A DNA stretch of 64,000 nt from assembly GCA_947166565.1 (NCBI GenBank), contig CAMVEL010000007.1, positions 7,323-71,322 on the forward strand, written 5' to 3'. Of this stretch, positions 22,835 to 31,596 are shown one piece after another (positions within the stretch are counted from its first letter, which is position 1; the number at the start of each line of letters is the position of its first letter). Both the position numbers and the translations under genes were made by a program. The notes beneath the pieces are model-generated. The model was not told the origin of the DNA. It made no database searches and saw nothing but the letters and a program-made list of their open reading frames with translations. Origin of the DNA: an uncultured Erysipelotrichaceae bacterium. Its GTDB lineage: Bacteria; Bacillota_I; Bacilli_A; RFN20; CAG-826.

Positions 22835-23611
22835 ATGCCTTACTTAGATTCGCATTGCCACCTTAATGACGAAAAGCTCATTGAAGATTTAGACGGAGTT
22901 ATTCAAAGAGCCAAAGAAGCTGGTTTAAAGGCTGTTTTGGTTATTGGATATGATATCGATAGCTCTAAAAAGGCAATAGAAATCGCGCATGCATTCGAAG
23001 GCGTTTACGCCGCGGTTGGGATTCACCCAGAGAATTTTGAAGGCCTTTCCTTTGAAGCCTTAGAGTTAATTGAGGAAATGGCCAAAGACGAAAAGGTGGT
23101 TGCCATTGGTGAAATAGGCTTAGATTACCATTGGTATAAAGAAATAGAACATAGAGCAAAACAAAAAGAATGGTTTATCAAGCAGATAGACATGGCAAAC
23201 CGTCTTGGGCTTCCTTGCTCAATTCACGCTAGAGAATGCTTGGGAGACATGTTTGAGATATTAAAGGCCCATCCTATTAAGGCCAATGCCGTTTTACATT
23301 GCTATTCCGGCTCTAAAGAGATGCTTCGAGAATTTGCTAAGCTTGGCTACTACTTCGGCTTCGATGGACCTATAACTTATAAAAACGCCGTGGAACCTCG
23401 CGAATGCGTAAAGGCTTGTCCGTTAGATCGCATTCTGGTCGAAACAGATTCCCCTTATTTGGCCCCCGTTCCTTTTAGAGGCAAGACAAATGAGCCGAAA
23501 AACATACCACATATCGTAGATAAGGTTGCTGAAATCAAAGAAACCAGCGTTGAGGAGATTACGAAAAATGTGTGGAACAATTTCTGCACATTGTTTCATG
23601 TGAAACCATGA
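22835..23611 (+). CDS. tatD: TatD-family metal-dependent DNase/hydrolase
   Basis: 258 aa with the N-terminal DSHCHL motif and a downstream ETDSPYL motif. Confidence 0.9.
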   Translation: MPYLDSHCHLNDEKLIEDLDGVIQRAKEAGLKAVLVIGYDIDSSKKAIEIAHAFEGVYAAVGIHPENFEGLSFEALELIEEMAKDEKVVAIGEIGLDYHWYKEIEHRAKQKEWFIKQIDMANRLGLPCSIHARECLGDMFEILKAHPIKANAVLHCYSGSKEMLREFAKLGYYFGFDGPITYKNAVEPRECVKACPLDRILVETDSPYLAPVPFRGKTNEPKNIPHIVDKVAEIKETSVEEITKNVWNNFCTLFHVKP

Positions 23612-24150
23612 ATAAAAAGGTTTATGAAGGCGTTATAGTGGTGGAAGGAGCCACCGATAAGTTGCTTCTGGAATCTTTCCTCGATACAACAATTGTAACC
23701 ACCAATGGCTCAGATGTTCCACATGAAACAATTAACTATATTAAAGAGCTTGCCAAAACACACTCTGTGGTGGTCTTAACTGATCCTGATAGTCCTGGGA
23801 AAAGAATTAGGGATATCCTTAATTTGGAGATTCCTGGACTCTATCATGCCTACATCCCCAAAGAGAAGGCTATAAAGAAGAATAAAGTCGGTGTTGCCGA
23901 ATCTGATAAAGAGACCATTTTGGAGGCATTAATGCATGCATGTCCCTCTCCTTCTTCTTCCAAGAAAGGGAATTTATCGATACAAGACCTTGTTGATTTA
24001 GGTCTAATCGGAAACGACGGTTCTAGTGGGAAAAGGGATATAATTGCGAAGAAGTTCCATATAGGACACGGAAACGGAAAAGCAACTTTGAAAATGCTCA
24101 ACTCCCTTGGGATTACAAAAGAACAATTAGAGGAAGCCTTGGATGAATAA
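23608..24150 (+). CDS. rnmV: Ribonuclease M5 (Toprim)
   Basis: Start at ATG 23608 (MNKKVYEGVIVVEGATDK), forming an ATGA overlap with the tatD stop. The DPDSPG Toprim motif is present, and the gene sits before rsmA as in Bacillus. Confidence 0.85.
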   Translation: MNKKVYEGVIVVEGATDKLLLESFLDTTIVTTNGSDVPHETINYIKELAKTHSVVVLTDPDSPGKRIRDILNLEIPGLYHAYIPKEKAIKKNKVGVAESDKETILEALMHACPSPSSSKKGNLSIQDLVDLGLIGNDGSSGKRDIIAKKFHIGHGNGKATLKMLNSLGITKEQLEEALDE

Positions 24151-24970
24151 AGAAGAATATTTTGAAAAAATAAAGGAATACTCTCTTCTTGCCAAAAAGG
24201 AGATTGGACAAAACTTCCTAATTGACCATCGCGTTGCCGAAAGGATCGTCGATGAAGCAAAGATAGCCGAAGGCGACAAAGTTCTTGAAATTGGCTGCGG
24301 CGCTGGGAGCCTAACCTATTTTTTGGCTCATTCCTTAGGAACGATCGATGCAATCGATATCGATGAAGCCATGCTTACCAAAGCCAAAAATGATTTTGAG
24401 AAAGCCGAAAACATCAGGGTCTTTAACGGAAACGCGATGAGGTTTGATTATTCCCCATATTCTTTGATCGTTGGAAACCTGCCTTATTACATTACTTCCG
24501 GAATTGTCGAAAAGGTTCTTTTGGGCGCTAATAATGCGAGGCGTGTAGTCTTTATGGTTCAAAAAGAGGCTTTAGATAGGCTTTTGGCAAAACCCAACAC
24601 AAAAGAATATGGGCCTCTAGCGATTCTAATCGAATTATCGGGGAAGGCCACTAAATTATTTAACGTATCAAGAAACAGTTTTAGTCCTATCCCCCACGTG
24701 GAATCCGCCGTCTTCAAAATAGAGCTCAACCATGAGGTGAATTTACTGCAAGATGTCTATCGTTTGGCAGAATCTCTATTCCTTCAAAGAAGAAAAACAA
24801 TCTACAACAACCTCAAAAACTACTTGGGAAACGGCGATTTAGCAAAAGACATTCTTAAAAAGAATGAAATCGAATTTACAACTCGACCTGAACAATTATT
24901 CCCCAGCCAATATCTTCATCTTTGCGAAGCAATAAAAAATAGTAGAATATCTACACGCCATGAACGTTAA
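24143..24970 (+). CDS. rsmA: 16S rRNA (adenine1518/1519-N6)-dimethyltransferase
   Basis: 275 aa with GQNFLID and the SAM motif VLEIGCGAGSLT. Confidence 0.92.
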   Translation: MNKEEYFEKIKEYSLLAKKEIGQNFLIDHRVAERIVDEAKIAEGDKVLEIGCGAGSLTYFLAHSLGTIDAIDIDEAMLTKAKNDFEKAENIRVFNGNAMRFDYSPYSLIVGNLPYYITSGIVEKVLLGANNARRVVFMVQKEALDRLLAKPNTKEYGPLAILIELSGKATKLFNVSRNSFSPIPHVESAVFKIELNHEVNLLQDVYRLAESLFLQRRKTIYNNLKNYLGNGDLAKDILKKNEIEFTTRPEQLFPSQYLHLCEAIKNSRISTRHER

Positions 24971-25808
24971 GTCATATGCCAAAATTAATCTCTCCCTTCG
25001 TGTTGTGGGAAGGAGGGAAAACGGCTATCACGACCTTGAAATGGTCAACCTCCCAATAGAACTCCACGACATTCTCGAAATTTCCATCCTTCCAGATGGA
25101 AGCCCGGATACTTTCGTCACCTGCGATGATATTAGGCTTAATTCCATGAGAGCCAATCTTTGTACAAAGGCCATCGCGGCTTTAAGGGCCAAATATCGCT
25201 TTAAAGAGAACTTTCGCATCCATATCCATAAGGAAATTCCTTTTGCCGCCGGGCTTGGCGGCGGAAGCAGCAATGCCGCTGCCACTATGATGGCCCTCAA
25301 CAAATTGCTCAAATTGGGCGCGACCGAAAGCGAATTGGCGGAAATCGGACTCTCTTTGGGCGCCGATGTCCCTTATTTCATCTACACCAAACCCGCCAAA
25401 GTTACGGGAATTGGGGAAATCATCGAGCCAATTAAAGTTAAGAAAACCTATTATTGCCTAATTGTTAAGCCAGAAAAGGGCCTTTCCACTGACGACGTCT
25501 ATAAGAAATGCGATTCTTTCCAAAGATATGAAATAAACACCGATAAGATCATCGAAGGACTCCGTCTTGGAGACGACCTTTTGATTGAACAAAACATGGG
25601 CAACGATTTAATGCCGCCAGCATCTTCTTTGCTTCCAGATGTAGGGGAAATTTATTCTCAGTTAAGAAAAGCCGGCTTTGGAATTGCCTGCATGTCCGGC
25701 TCCGGATCATCTTTGTTCGCCTTATCCACCGATGCCAAAAAAGTAAGGGACGTCTATCGTCGTTTTGAAAAAACAAACTATACCGCTATCGTAACCAAAA
25801 CTATGTAA
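24960..25808 (+). CDS. ispE: 4-diphosphocytidyl-2-C-methyl-D-erythritol kinase
   Basis: 282 aa, GHMP kinase motif PFAAGLGGGSSNAAA, N-terminal AKINLSLRV. Confidence 0.9.
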   Translation: MNVKSYAKINLSLRVVGRRENGYHDLEMVNLPIELHDILEISILPDGSPDTFVTCDDIRLNSMRANLCTKAIAALRAKYRFKENFRIHIHKEIPFAAGLGGGSSNAAATMMALNKLLKLGATESELAEIGLSLGADVPYFIYTKPAKVTGIGEIIEPIKVKKTYYCLIVKPEKGLSTDDVYKKCDSFQRYEINTDKIIEGLRLGDDLLIEQNMGNDLMPPASSLLPDVGEIYSQLRKAGFGIACMSGSGSSLFALSTDAKKVRDVYRRFEKTNYTAIVTKTM

Positions 25809-25818
25809 GGAGGTTACT

Positions 25819-27207
25819 ATGGAACTATCTGCCATTATCCTCGCGGGAGGAAAAGGGGCGAGAATGAAATCTCTTCGCCCTGATTTTTCTAAAGCGGCCA
25901 TGCCTATTTTGGGCAAACCAATGATTTTATACGTAATCGACGCTTTAAAGGGTTTGGAACCAATAGGGCTTGTTGCCGTTATTGGGCCAAAAGATACAGT
26001 TATTGAAGGAATCATTAAAAACGAAACCGCCATTATCCATGAACCCAATCAAAAGGGGACCGGCTCTGCTTTAAGATCGGCCCAAGAGGCAATAAAGGAA
26101 AAGGGTGGAATCACCATCGTTTGTAGAAGCGACACCCCTCTTATCACCACCAAAACTCTTAAGGCTTTGGTCTCAAGCCATCTTACCAACCATAACGATG
26201 TAACTGTTCTTTCTGCTAATTATGATGACCCATACGGATTCTCAAGAATCAAAAAAGAGCAAGGGCGTGTCCTCAAAATCGTTAATCAGCGCGATTGTTC
26301 TTTGGAAGAGGACACCATACACGAAGTCAATGCCGGCATCTATGTATTTAATAACTTCGTTTTAGAAGAAGGTTTTGAGAGATTCTTCAAAGAGGAATCT
26401 AATCAGGAACCTTCGATTAGCGATCTCATTAACGTCCTAATTGAAAATCAAATGAAGGTCGGCGTCTTCCTTTCCGCGGACAAGATGGAAACTATCGATG
26501 TTAACGATAGATACGTTTTGTCCAAAGCCGAAAAGGCGATGCGCGAAAGGATTAATAAGCGCTTAATGCTTTCTGGCGTCACCATTGCTGATCCGGATAC
26601 TACATATATAGGCGCGGATGTCGTTATTCAAAACGATACGACAATCTACCCAAACACCACCATTTTTGGAGATTCTAGGATTGGAAGAGATAACTTAATT
26701 GGTCCCGACACTTACCTAAATAATGTAAAAATCGGTAATCAAAACAAAATTACCTTCTCGCACATCGATGATTGCGTAATAGGGTCTTTCAACGAACTTG
26801 GCCCCTACCTTAGAATGCGTAATGGGTGCGTTATCAAAGATAAAACTCTAATTGGCAATTTCAACGAATTGAAGAACGCCCGTGTCGGCAGCGTTTCCAG
26901 GGCTTCCCACCTATCTTATTTAGGCGATGTGACGATTGGCGAAGACGTCAACATCGGATGCGGAACTATAGTCGCGAATTTCGATGGAGTAAACAAATTC
27001 AGCAGCGTTATCAAAGATAAAGCCTTTGTAGGATCTGGCTCCACCATAATTTCTCCCGTAACGGTTGGAGAGGATGCTTTTATCGCCGCGGGAAGCGTTA
27101 TAAACCATGATGTTGGCGACGGAGATATGGGTATAGCCAGGGCGAGACAAGAGAACAAGGAAAAATATTCCGCCGTCCTAAAAAACAAGGCGTTGAGCAA
27201 GAAATAG
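25819..27207 (+). CDS. glmU: Bifunctional UDP-GlcNAc pyrophosphorylase / GlcN-1-P acetyltransferase
   Basis: 462 aa with N-terminal LAGGKGARMKS and C-terminal left-handed beta-helix hexapeptide repeats. AGGAGG SD. Confidence 0.92.
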   Translation: MELSAIILAGGKGARMKSLRPDFSKAAMPILGKPMILYVIDALKGLEPIGLVAVIGPKDTVIEGIIKNETAIIHEPNQKGTGSALRSAQEAIKEKGGITIVCRSDTPLITTKTLKALVSSHLTNHNDVTVLSANYDDPYGFSRIKKEQGRVLKIVNQRDCSLEEDTIHEVNAGIYVFNNFVLEEGFERFFKEESNQEPSISDLINVLIENQMKVGVFLSADKMETIDVNDRYVLSKAEKAMRERINKRLMLSGVTIADPDTTYIGADVVIQNDTTIYPNTTIFGDSRIGRDNLIGPDTYLNNVKIGNQNKITFSHIDDCVIGSFNELGPYLRMRNGCVIKDKTLIGNFNELKNARVGSVSRASHLSYLGDVTIGEDVNIGCGTIVANFDGVNKFSSVIKDKAFVGSGSTIISPVTVGEDAFIAAGSVINHDVGDGDMGIARARQENKEKYSAVLKNKALSKK

Positions 27208-27253
27208 GCCTAAATGCTCTTTAAGAATTTGTTTTTTTCAATATAATTGCGGC

Positions 27254-28627
27254 ATGAAAAGCAAGAAGCACCTTTCGTTTTCAACTAAAGTTGTGGCCGT
27301 AGTTTCGGGCTTCCTTTTGGTTGTTGATTTAGCGATCGGGACCATAATGATGGTCACCTCAATAAAAAGGATGCAAGGCGTTATCCAAAATAAGGTTCTT
27401 GAGGTTTCCGCAACAGCCGCCGCGCTTCTTGATGGCGATTCCATAAAAGCTCTCACAAAAGACGACCACGATAACAAAACCGAGCCATACATGAAGGCTT
27501 ATAACACCCTTTCGGCCTTCAAGACCAGCGCTGTCGACGGACATGGTGAGCTCGCTTTCATTTATGTTCTCGTCCAAAGGGAAGATAACAAAATCGTCTT
27601 TTCCATCGACCCAAGCGATGATCCCGGCGTTTTCCTTGAAGAGGAAACCATATATACCACCGCTTTGTTAAATGCCTTCAAAGGTCAACCTGGTTTCGAT
27701 GATCAGGCTTATCAAGATAGATGGGGCCTTCTTTATACTGGCTATGCCCCCATATTTGGTTCAGACAAAGAGACCGTTAAAGCCGTCGCCTGCGCAGACG
27801 TTTGGGCTAGTTGGTATCAAAGGGAAGTTACCACCAACGGCCTTGCGATGTTCATCATGACCTTCGTCACCATTCTTCTAGGCGGAGGCGTCGCTTTGAC
27901 TTTGGCCGGGAGGATTAAGGGTCGCCTTGACGCTTTGAACGGCGAGATGATTGATTTGCAAGAAGACGTTGAATTGCTTTTGAAGGATATTAGGGAGCCC
28001 GCTAATATCTATGGCATCGATACCAAAGACGAAAGCGAGACAATTGGGGAGATTGCCGCGCTTAAAGAACAAATCGGATCAGCCAGGATTGGACTAAAGA
28101 AATACATTGCTTATATGCATAAGCAGGCCTATACCGATCAATTGACCGGAATTGGCAATAGGAATGGCTATTTTGAAAAGACCTCCGCTTTGGACGAGAA
28201 GATTAAAAACGGCGAGAATCCCAAGTTTTCCCTCGTTCTTTTCGATATCGACCTCCTCAAGGAAGTTAACGATAGTTATGGTCATGAAGTCGGTGACAAA
28301 AATATTGAATCCATTGGGAAGGCCGTTTCTAAAATCTTCGGAGAAGGCCGTTCCTTCCGTATCGGCGGGGATGAAATCGCCGTTATCTTGGAAGATATAA
28401 ACGAAGAAGAAACCAAAAAACTCATAGAGGAATTCGAAGTCACCTTTGCCAAGGAGAACCCTGATGGCATTGCTAAATACGGATTCAGCACCTCCAAAGG
28501 TTATGCGTCCTTTGACCCAGAAATTGACGAAGATTATTCGAATGTCTTCAAGAGAGCGGACAAGAACATGTATGCCGAAAAGGCTAAATACCATAGCAAG
28601 ATAAAAGCGAAAAAGGAAAAGAAATAA
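27254..28627 (+). CDS. Membrane sensor diguanylate cyclase (GGDEF domain, motif variant GGDEI)
   Basis: 457 aa. Layout: N-terminal TM, an extracytoplasmic domain of about 170 aa, a second TM (LAMFIMTFVTILLGGGVALTLAG), a coiled coil, then the GGDEF domain (DQLTGIGNRNGY...FDIDLLKEVNDSYGHEVGD...RIGGDEIAV). Confidence 0.8.
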   Translation: MKSKKHLSFSTKVVAVVSGFLLVVDLAIGTIMMVTSIKRMQGVIQNKVLEVSATAAALLDGDSIKALTKDDHDNKTEPYMKAYNTLSAFKTSAVDGHGELAFIYVLVQREDNKIVFSIDPSDDPGVFLEEETIYTTALLNAFKGQPGFDDQAYQDRWGLLYTGYAPIFGSDKETVKAVACADVWASWYQREVTTNGLAMFIMTFVTILLGGGVALTLAGRIKGRLDALNGEMIDLQEDVELLLKDIREPANIYGIDTKDESETIGEIAALKEQIGSARIGLKKYIAYMHKQAYTDQLTGIGNRNGYFEKTSALDEKIKNGENPKFSLVLFDIDLLKEVNDSYGHEVGDKNIESIGKAVSKIFGEGRSFRIGGDEIAVILEDINEEETKKLIEEFEVTFAKENPDGIAKYGFSTSKGYASFDPEIDEDYSNVFKRADKNMYAEKAKYHSKIKAKKEKK

Positions 28628-28658
28628 GGAAGGGAAAAATGAACCCTTCCTTTTCTTT
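28627..28658 (+). terminator. Rho-independent terminator after the GGDEF gene
   Basis: AGGAAGGG-aaaaatgaa-CCCTTCCT followed by TTTCTTT. Confidence 0.7.
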
Positions 28659-28705
28659 AAAAAGCCTTTAATTTTTAAATTTCGTTTGATTTTTGCAAAG
28701 AAAAA

Positions 28706-28730
28706 CCCCGTCGCTTTGATGGCGACGGGG
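28706..28730 (-). terminator. Rho-independent terminator after ppdK
   Basis: The minus strand reads CCCCGTCGC-catcaaa-GCGACGGGG followed by TTTTT. Confidence 0.8.
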
Positions 28731-28747
28731 CGTTCATTTAAGAAACC

Positions 28748-31396
28748 TTATTTGCTCTTGTTGAGGATGGCAGCTTGGGCCGCGGCAAGGCGGGCAAGTG
28801 GGACACGGAACGGAGAGCAAGAGACATAGTCGAGACCGACTTTGTCATAGAAGATGATGGACGCTGGGTCGCCACCGGTTTCGCCACAGACACCGATGAG
28901 GAGGTTTGGGTTGGTGGCGCGACCACGTTCAACAGCGATCTTAACGAGTTCGCCAACGCCTTCGATATCGATGGTCTGGAATGGATCGAATTCGTAGATC
29001 TTCTTCTGCTGATAGGTTGGGAGGAACTGGCCAGAGTCATCACGGGAGAAGCCCATGGTGAGCTGGGTGAGGTCGTTGGTTCCGAAGGAGAAGAACTCTG
29101 CTTCCTGAGCAAGTTTGCCGGCCTGGAGAGCGCCTCTTGGGACCTCGATCATGGTACCGACGTGGTAGACGAGCTTCTTGTCGTGGAGGCCCATTTCCTT
29201 TTCGACGGCATTGACGACGACGTCTTTCGCAAACTTGAGTTCGCGGAGTTCGCCGGCAAGAGGAATCATAATTTCTGGTTCGACGTCTTTGCCGATTTCG
29301 GCAGAAGCCTTGTAGGCGGCTTGGACGATAGCCTTGGCAAGGGTCGCATAGATTTCCGGATAAGCGACGCAGAGACGTACGCCACGGAAGCCCATCATTG
29401 GGTTGGCTTGCTGGAGCTGATTGATACGATCGACGACTTTCTGTTCGGAGACGCCAAGCTTGGCGGCGAGGTCGGCGATGTTCTTCTTGTCACCAAGTTC
29501 TGGGAGGAACTCGTGTAGTGGTGGGTCAAGGAGACGGATGTTGACAAGCGAATCTGGGTTGGCGAGATACATCTTGTAGAAGTCATCCATCAAGAATGGA
29601 CGGATTCTCTCAAGGGCGGCTTCGCGTTGCTCGGTCGTGTCGGAAAGAATCATGGCACGCATATTGAGGATGCGGTCATCCGCGAAGAACATACGTTCGG
29701 TGCGGCATAGACCAATGCCTTCGGCACCAAACTTCTTGGCGTTGTTGGCATCTTCTGGAGTATTGCAGTTGGCGCGGATCTTGAGGCGACGATATTTGTC
29801 GGACCAAGCCATCATACGGCCAAAGTCACCACCGAGATCGGCGGGGATCATTGGGATGGAGCCTTCGTAGACGGCACCGGTGGAGCCGTTGACGGAGATG
29901 ACGTCGCCTTCTTTGTAGACCTTGCCGTTGACGGTCATGGTCTTGGCTTCTTCGTTGATGATTGCAGAGGTGCAACCGGCAACGCAGCATTTACCCATGG
30001 AACGGGCAACGACAGCGGCGTGGGAAGTCATGCCACCGCGAGCGGTGACGATAGCTTCGGAGTTAACCATACCGATGATATCCTCTGGGGAGGTTTCGGC
30101 ACGGCAGAGAACGACCTTGACGCCTTTGTCATGGAGTTCTTTGCACTCCTCGGCGGTAAAGACGATTTGTCCGGTTCCAGCGCCTGGAGAGGCTGGGAGA
30201 CCAACGACGAATGGGGTGACTTTCTTTTCTTCGGCTGGGTCGAAGGTTGGGTGGAGAAGGTCATTCAATTGCTTTGGCTCGACGCGAAGAACGGCTTCTT
30301 CTTCGGAGATGAGGCCTTCGTCGACGAGATCGCAGGCGATCTTGAGGGCGGCGCGAGCGGTACGCTTACCATTACGGGTCTGTAAGAAGTAAAGGACGCC
30401 TTTTTCGATGGTGTATTCCATGTCTTGCATATCACGGAAATAGTTTTCCATCTTCTTGATTGTTTCAATGAATTGCTTGTAGACGTCTGGCATACGCTTG
30501 GCAAGTTCGTCGATATGGAGCGGGGTGCGAACACCGGCGACGACGTCTTCGCCCTGAGCGTTTGGAAGGAATTCGGCGTAGATTTTCTTTTCACCGGTGG
30601 ATGGGTTACGGGAGAAGGCAACACCAGTTCCGGAATCTTCGCCCATGTTACCGAAGACCATCGTTTGAACGTTGACGGCGGTTCCCCATTCATATGGGAT
30701 GCCGTTCATCAAACGATAGACGTTGGCGCGTTCGTTGTCCCAGCTACGGAAGACGGCGGAAACCGCTTCGCGGAGTTGGACGTATGGATCGGAGGGGAAT
30801 TCCTCTCCGAAGACGCTGCGATAGTATTCCTTGTAAGCCTTGACGAGCTCTTTGAGTTGAGGAACGGTGACTTCGGTGTCGAGTTTGTAGCCGTTGTCCT
30901 CTTTGATTTTGTCAAGCATCGCATCCATTTTGGTGCGTGGATGACCTTTGGCGATGTTCGTGAACATCAAGATGAAACGACGATAGGAGTCCCAAGCGAA
31001 CCTTTCGTTGCCGGTGGCGGCGATGAGTTCTTCGACGGTCTTATCGTTGGAACCAAGGTTGAGGATGGTATCCATCATGCCAGGCATGGACATCCTGGCG
31101 CCGGAACGGACGGAGACGAGCAAAGGCATTCCCTTTCCTCCTCCGAAGGATTTTCCGGAGTTCCTTTCAATTTCGTGGACGTGGTTCACGATGTCTTCCC
31201 ACACATAATCCGGGATGTTCTTTCCGGATTCATAGTAGAGGTTGCATGCTTCGGTGGAGATGGTGAAGCCCTGAGGAATGTTAATTCCAGCGGCGGTCAT
31301 CTCAGCAAGGCCGAAGCCCTTTCCACCAAGGATCTCTTTGCCGATTTTGGCTTCGCGAGCCTCCTTGAAGGAGTAAACATACTTCTTATTTGCCAT
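28748..31396 (-). CDS. ppdK: Pyruvate, phosphate dikinase
   Basis: 882 aa with the phosphohistidine motif GGMTSHAAVVARSMGK and a C-terminal PEP-utilising TIM-barrel domain. AGGAGG SD. Confidence 0.95.
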   Translation of the reverse strand: MANKKYVYSFKEAREAKIGKEILGGKGFGLAEMTAAGINIPQGFTISTEACNLYYESGKNIPDYVWEDIVNHVHEIERNSGKSFGGGKGMPLLVSVRSGARMSMPGMMDTILNLGSNDKTVEELIAATGNERFAWDSYRRFILMFTNIAKGHPRTKMDAMLDKIKEDNGYKLDTEVTVPQLKELVKAYKEYYRSVFGEEFPSDPYVQLREAVSAVFRSWDNERANVYRLMNGIPYEWGTAVNVQTMVFGNMGEDSGTGVAFSRNPSTGEKKIYAEFLPNAQGEDVVAGVRTPLHIDELAKRMPDVYKQFIETIKKMENYFRDMQDMEYTIEKGVLYFLQTRNGKRTARAALKIACDLVDEGLISEEEAVLRVEPKQLNDLLHPTFDPAEEKKVTPFVVGLPASPGAGTGQIVFTAEECKELHDKGVKVVLCRAETSPEDIIGMVNSEAIVTARGGMTSHAAVVARSMGKCCVAGCTSAIINEEAKTMTVNGKVYKEGDVISVNGSTGAVYEGSIPMIPADLGGDFGRMMAWSDKYRRLKIRANCNTPEDANNAKKFGAEGIGLCRTERMFFADDRILNMRAMILSDTTEQREAALERIRPFLMDDFYKMYLANPDSLVNIRLLDPPLHEFLPELGDKKNIADLAAKLGVSEQKVVDRINQLQQANPMMGFRGVRLCVAYPEIYATLAKAIVQAAYKASAEIGKDVEPEIMIPLAGELRELKFAKDVVVNAVEKEMGLHDKKLVYHVGTMIEVPRGALQAGKLAQEAEFFSFGTNDLTQLTMGFSRDDSGQFLPTYQQKKIYEFDPFQTIDIEGVGELVKIAVERGRATNPNLLIGVCGETGGDPASIIFYDKVGLDYVSCSPFRVPLARLAAAQAAILNKSK

Positions 31397-31460
31397 TTTT
31401 TCCTCCTAATGACTGAAGTAGGGCTAGGTTGCCCAACGGGTTAAGTGTATCACATAGAGG

Positions 31461-31489
31461 CTTATTCATTGAATAAGGAAGTTGAATAA
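31461..31489. promoter_or_regulatory. Candidate operator: 17-bp perfect palindrome plus an extra half-site
   Basis: CTTATTCA-T-TGAATAAG (31461-31477), with a further TTGAATAA at 31482-31489, in the divergent ppdK / FGGY-kinase control region. Confidence 0.4.
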
Positions 31490-31596
31490 TAGGCCACGTA
31501 AGCCATTTATTTTTTATGAAAACGCTTCGAAAGCCCCTTTTGGGCAAATGTCATCAAGTTGCTTTTATCAGTTTTTGTCCTAAGATTAATAATGAT

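Noticed and set aside
28775-31444. Long plus-strand ORFs (247, 156, 121 and 339 aa) and other-frame minus-strand ORFs inside ppdK
   Set aside because: These are shadow ORFs of a highly expressed, codon-biased gene. Their translations are Gly/Asp/Val/Phe-rich nonsense, and ppdK accounts for the whole interval.
31516-31596. 27-codon N-terminal extension of the FGGY kinase ORF, and the antisense 138-aa ORF 31507-31923
   Set aside because: The extension (MKTLRKPLLGKCHQVAFISFCPKINND) precedes the normal kinase N-terminus and lies in the promoter region. The antisense ORF has no support.
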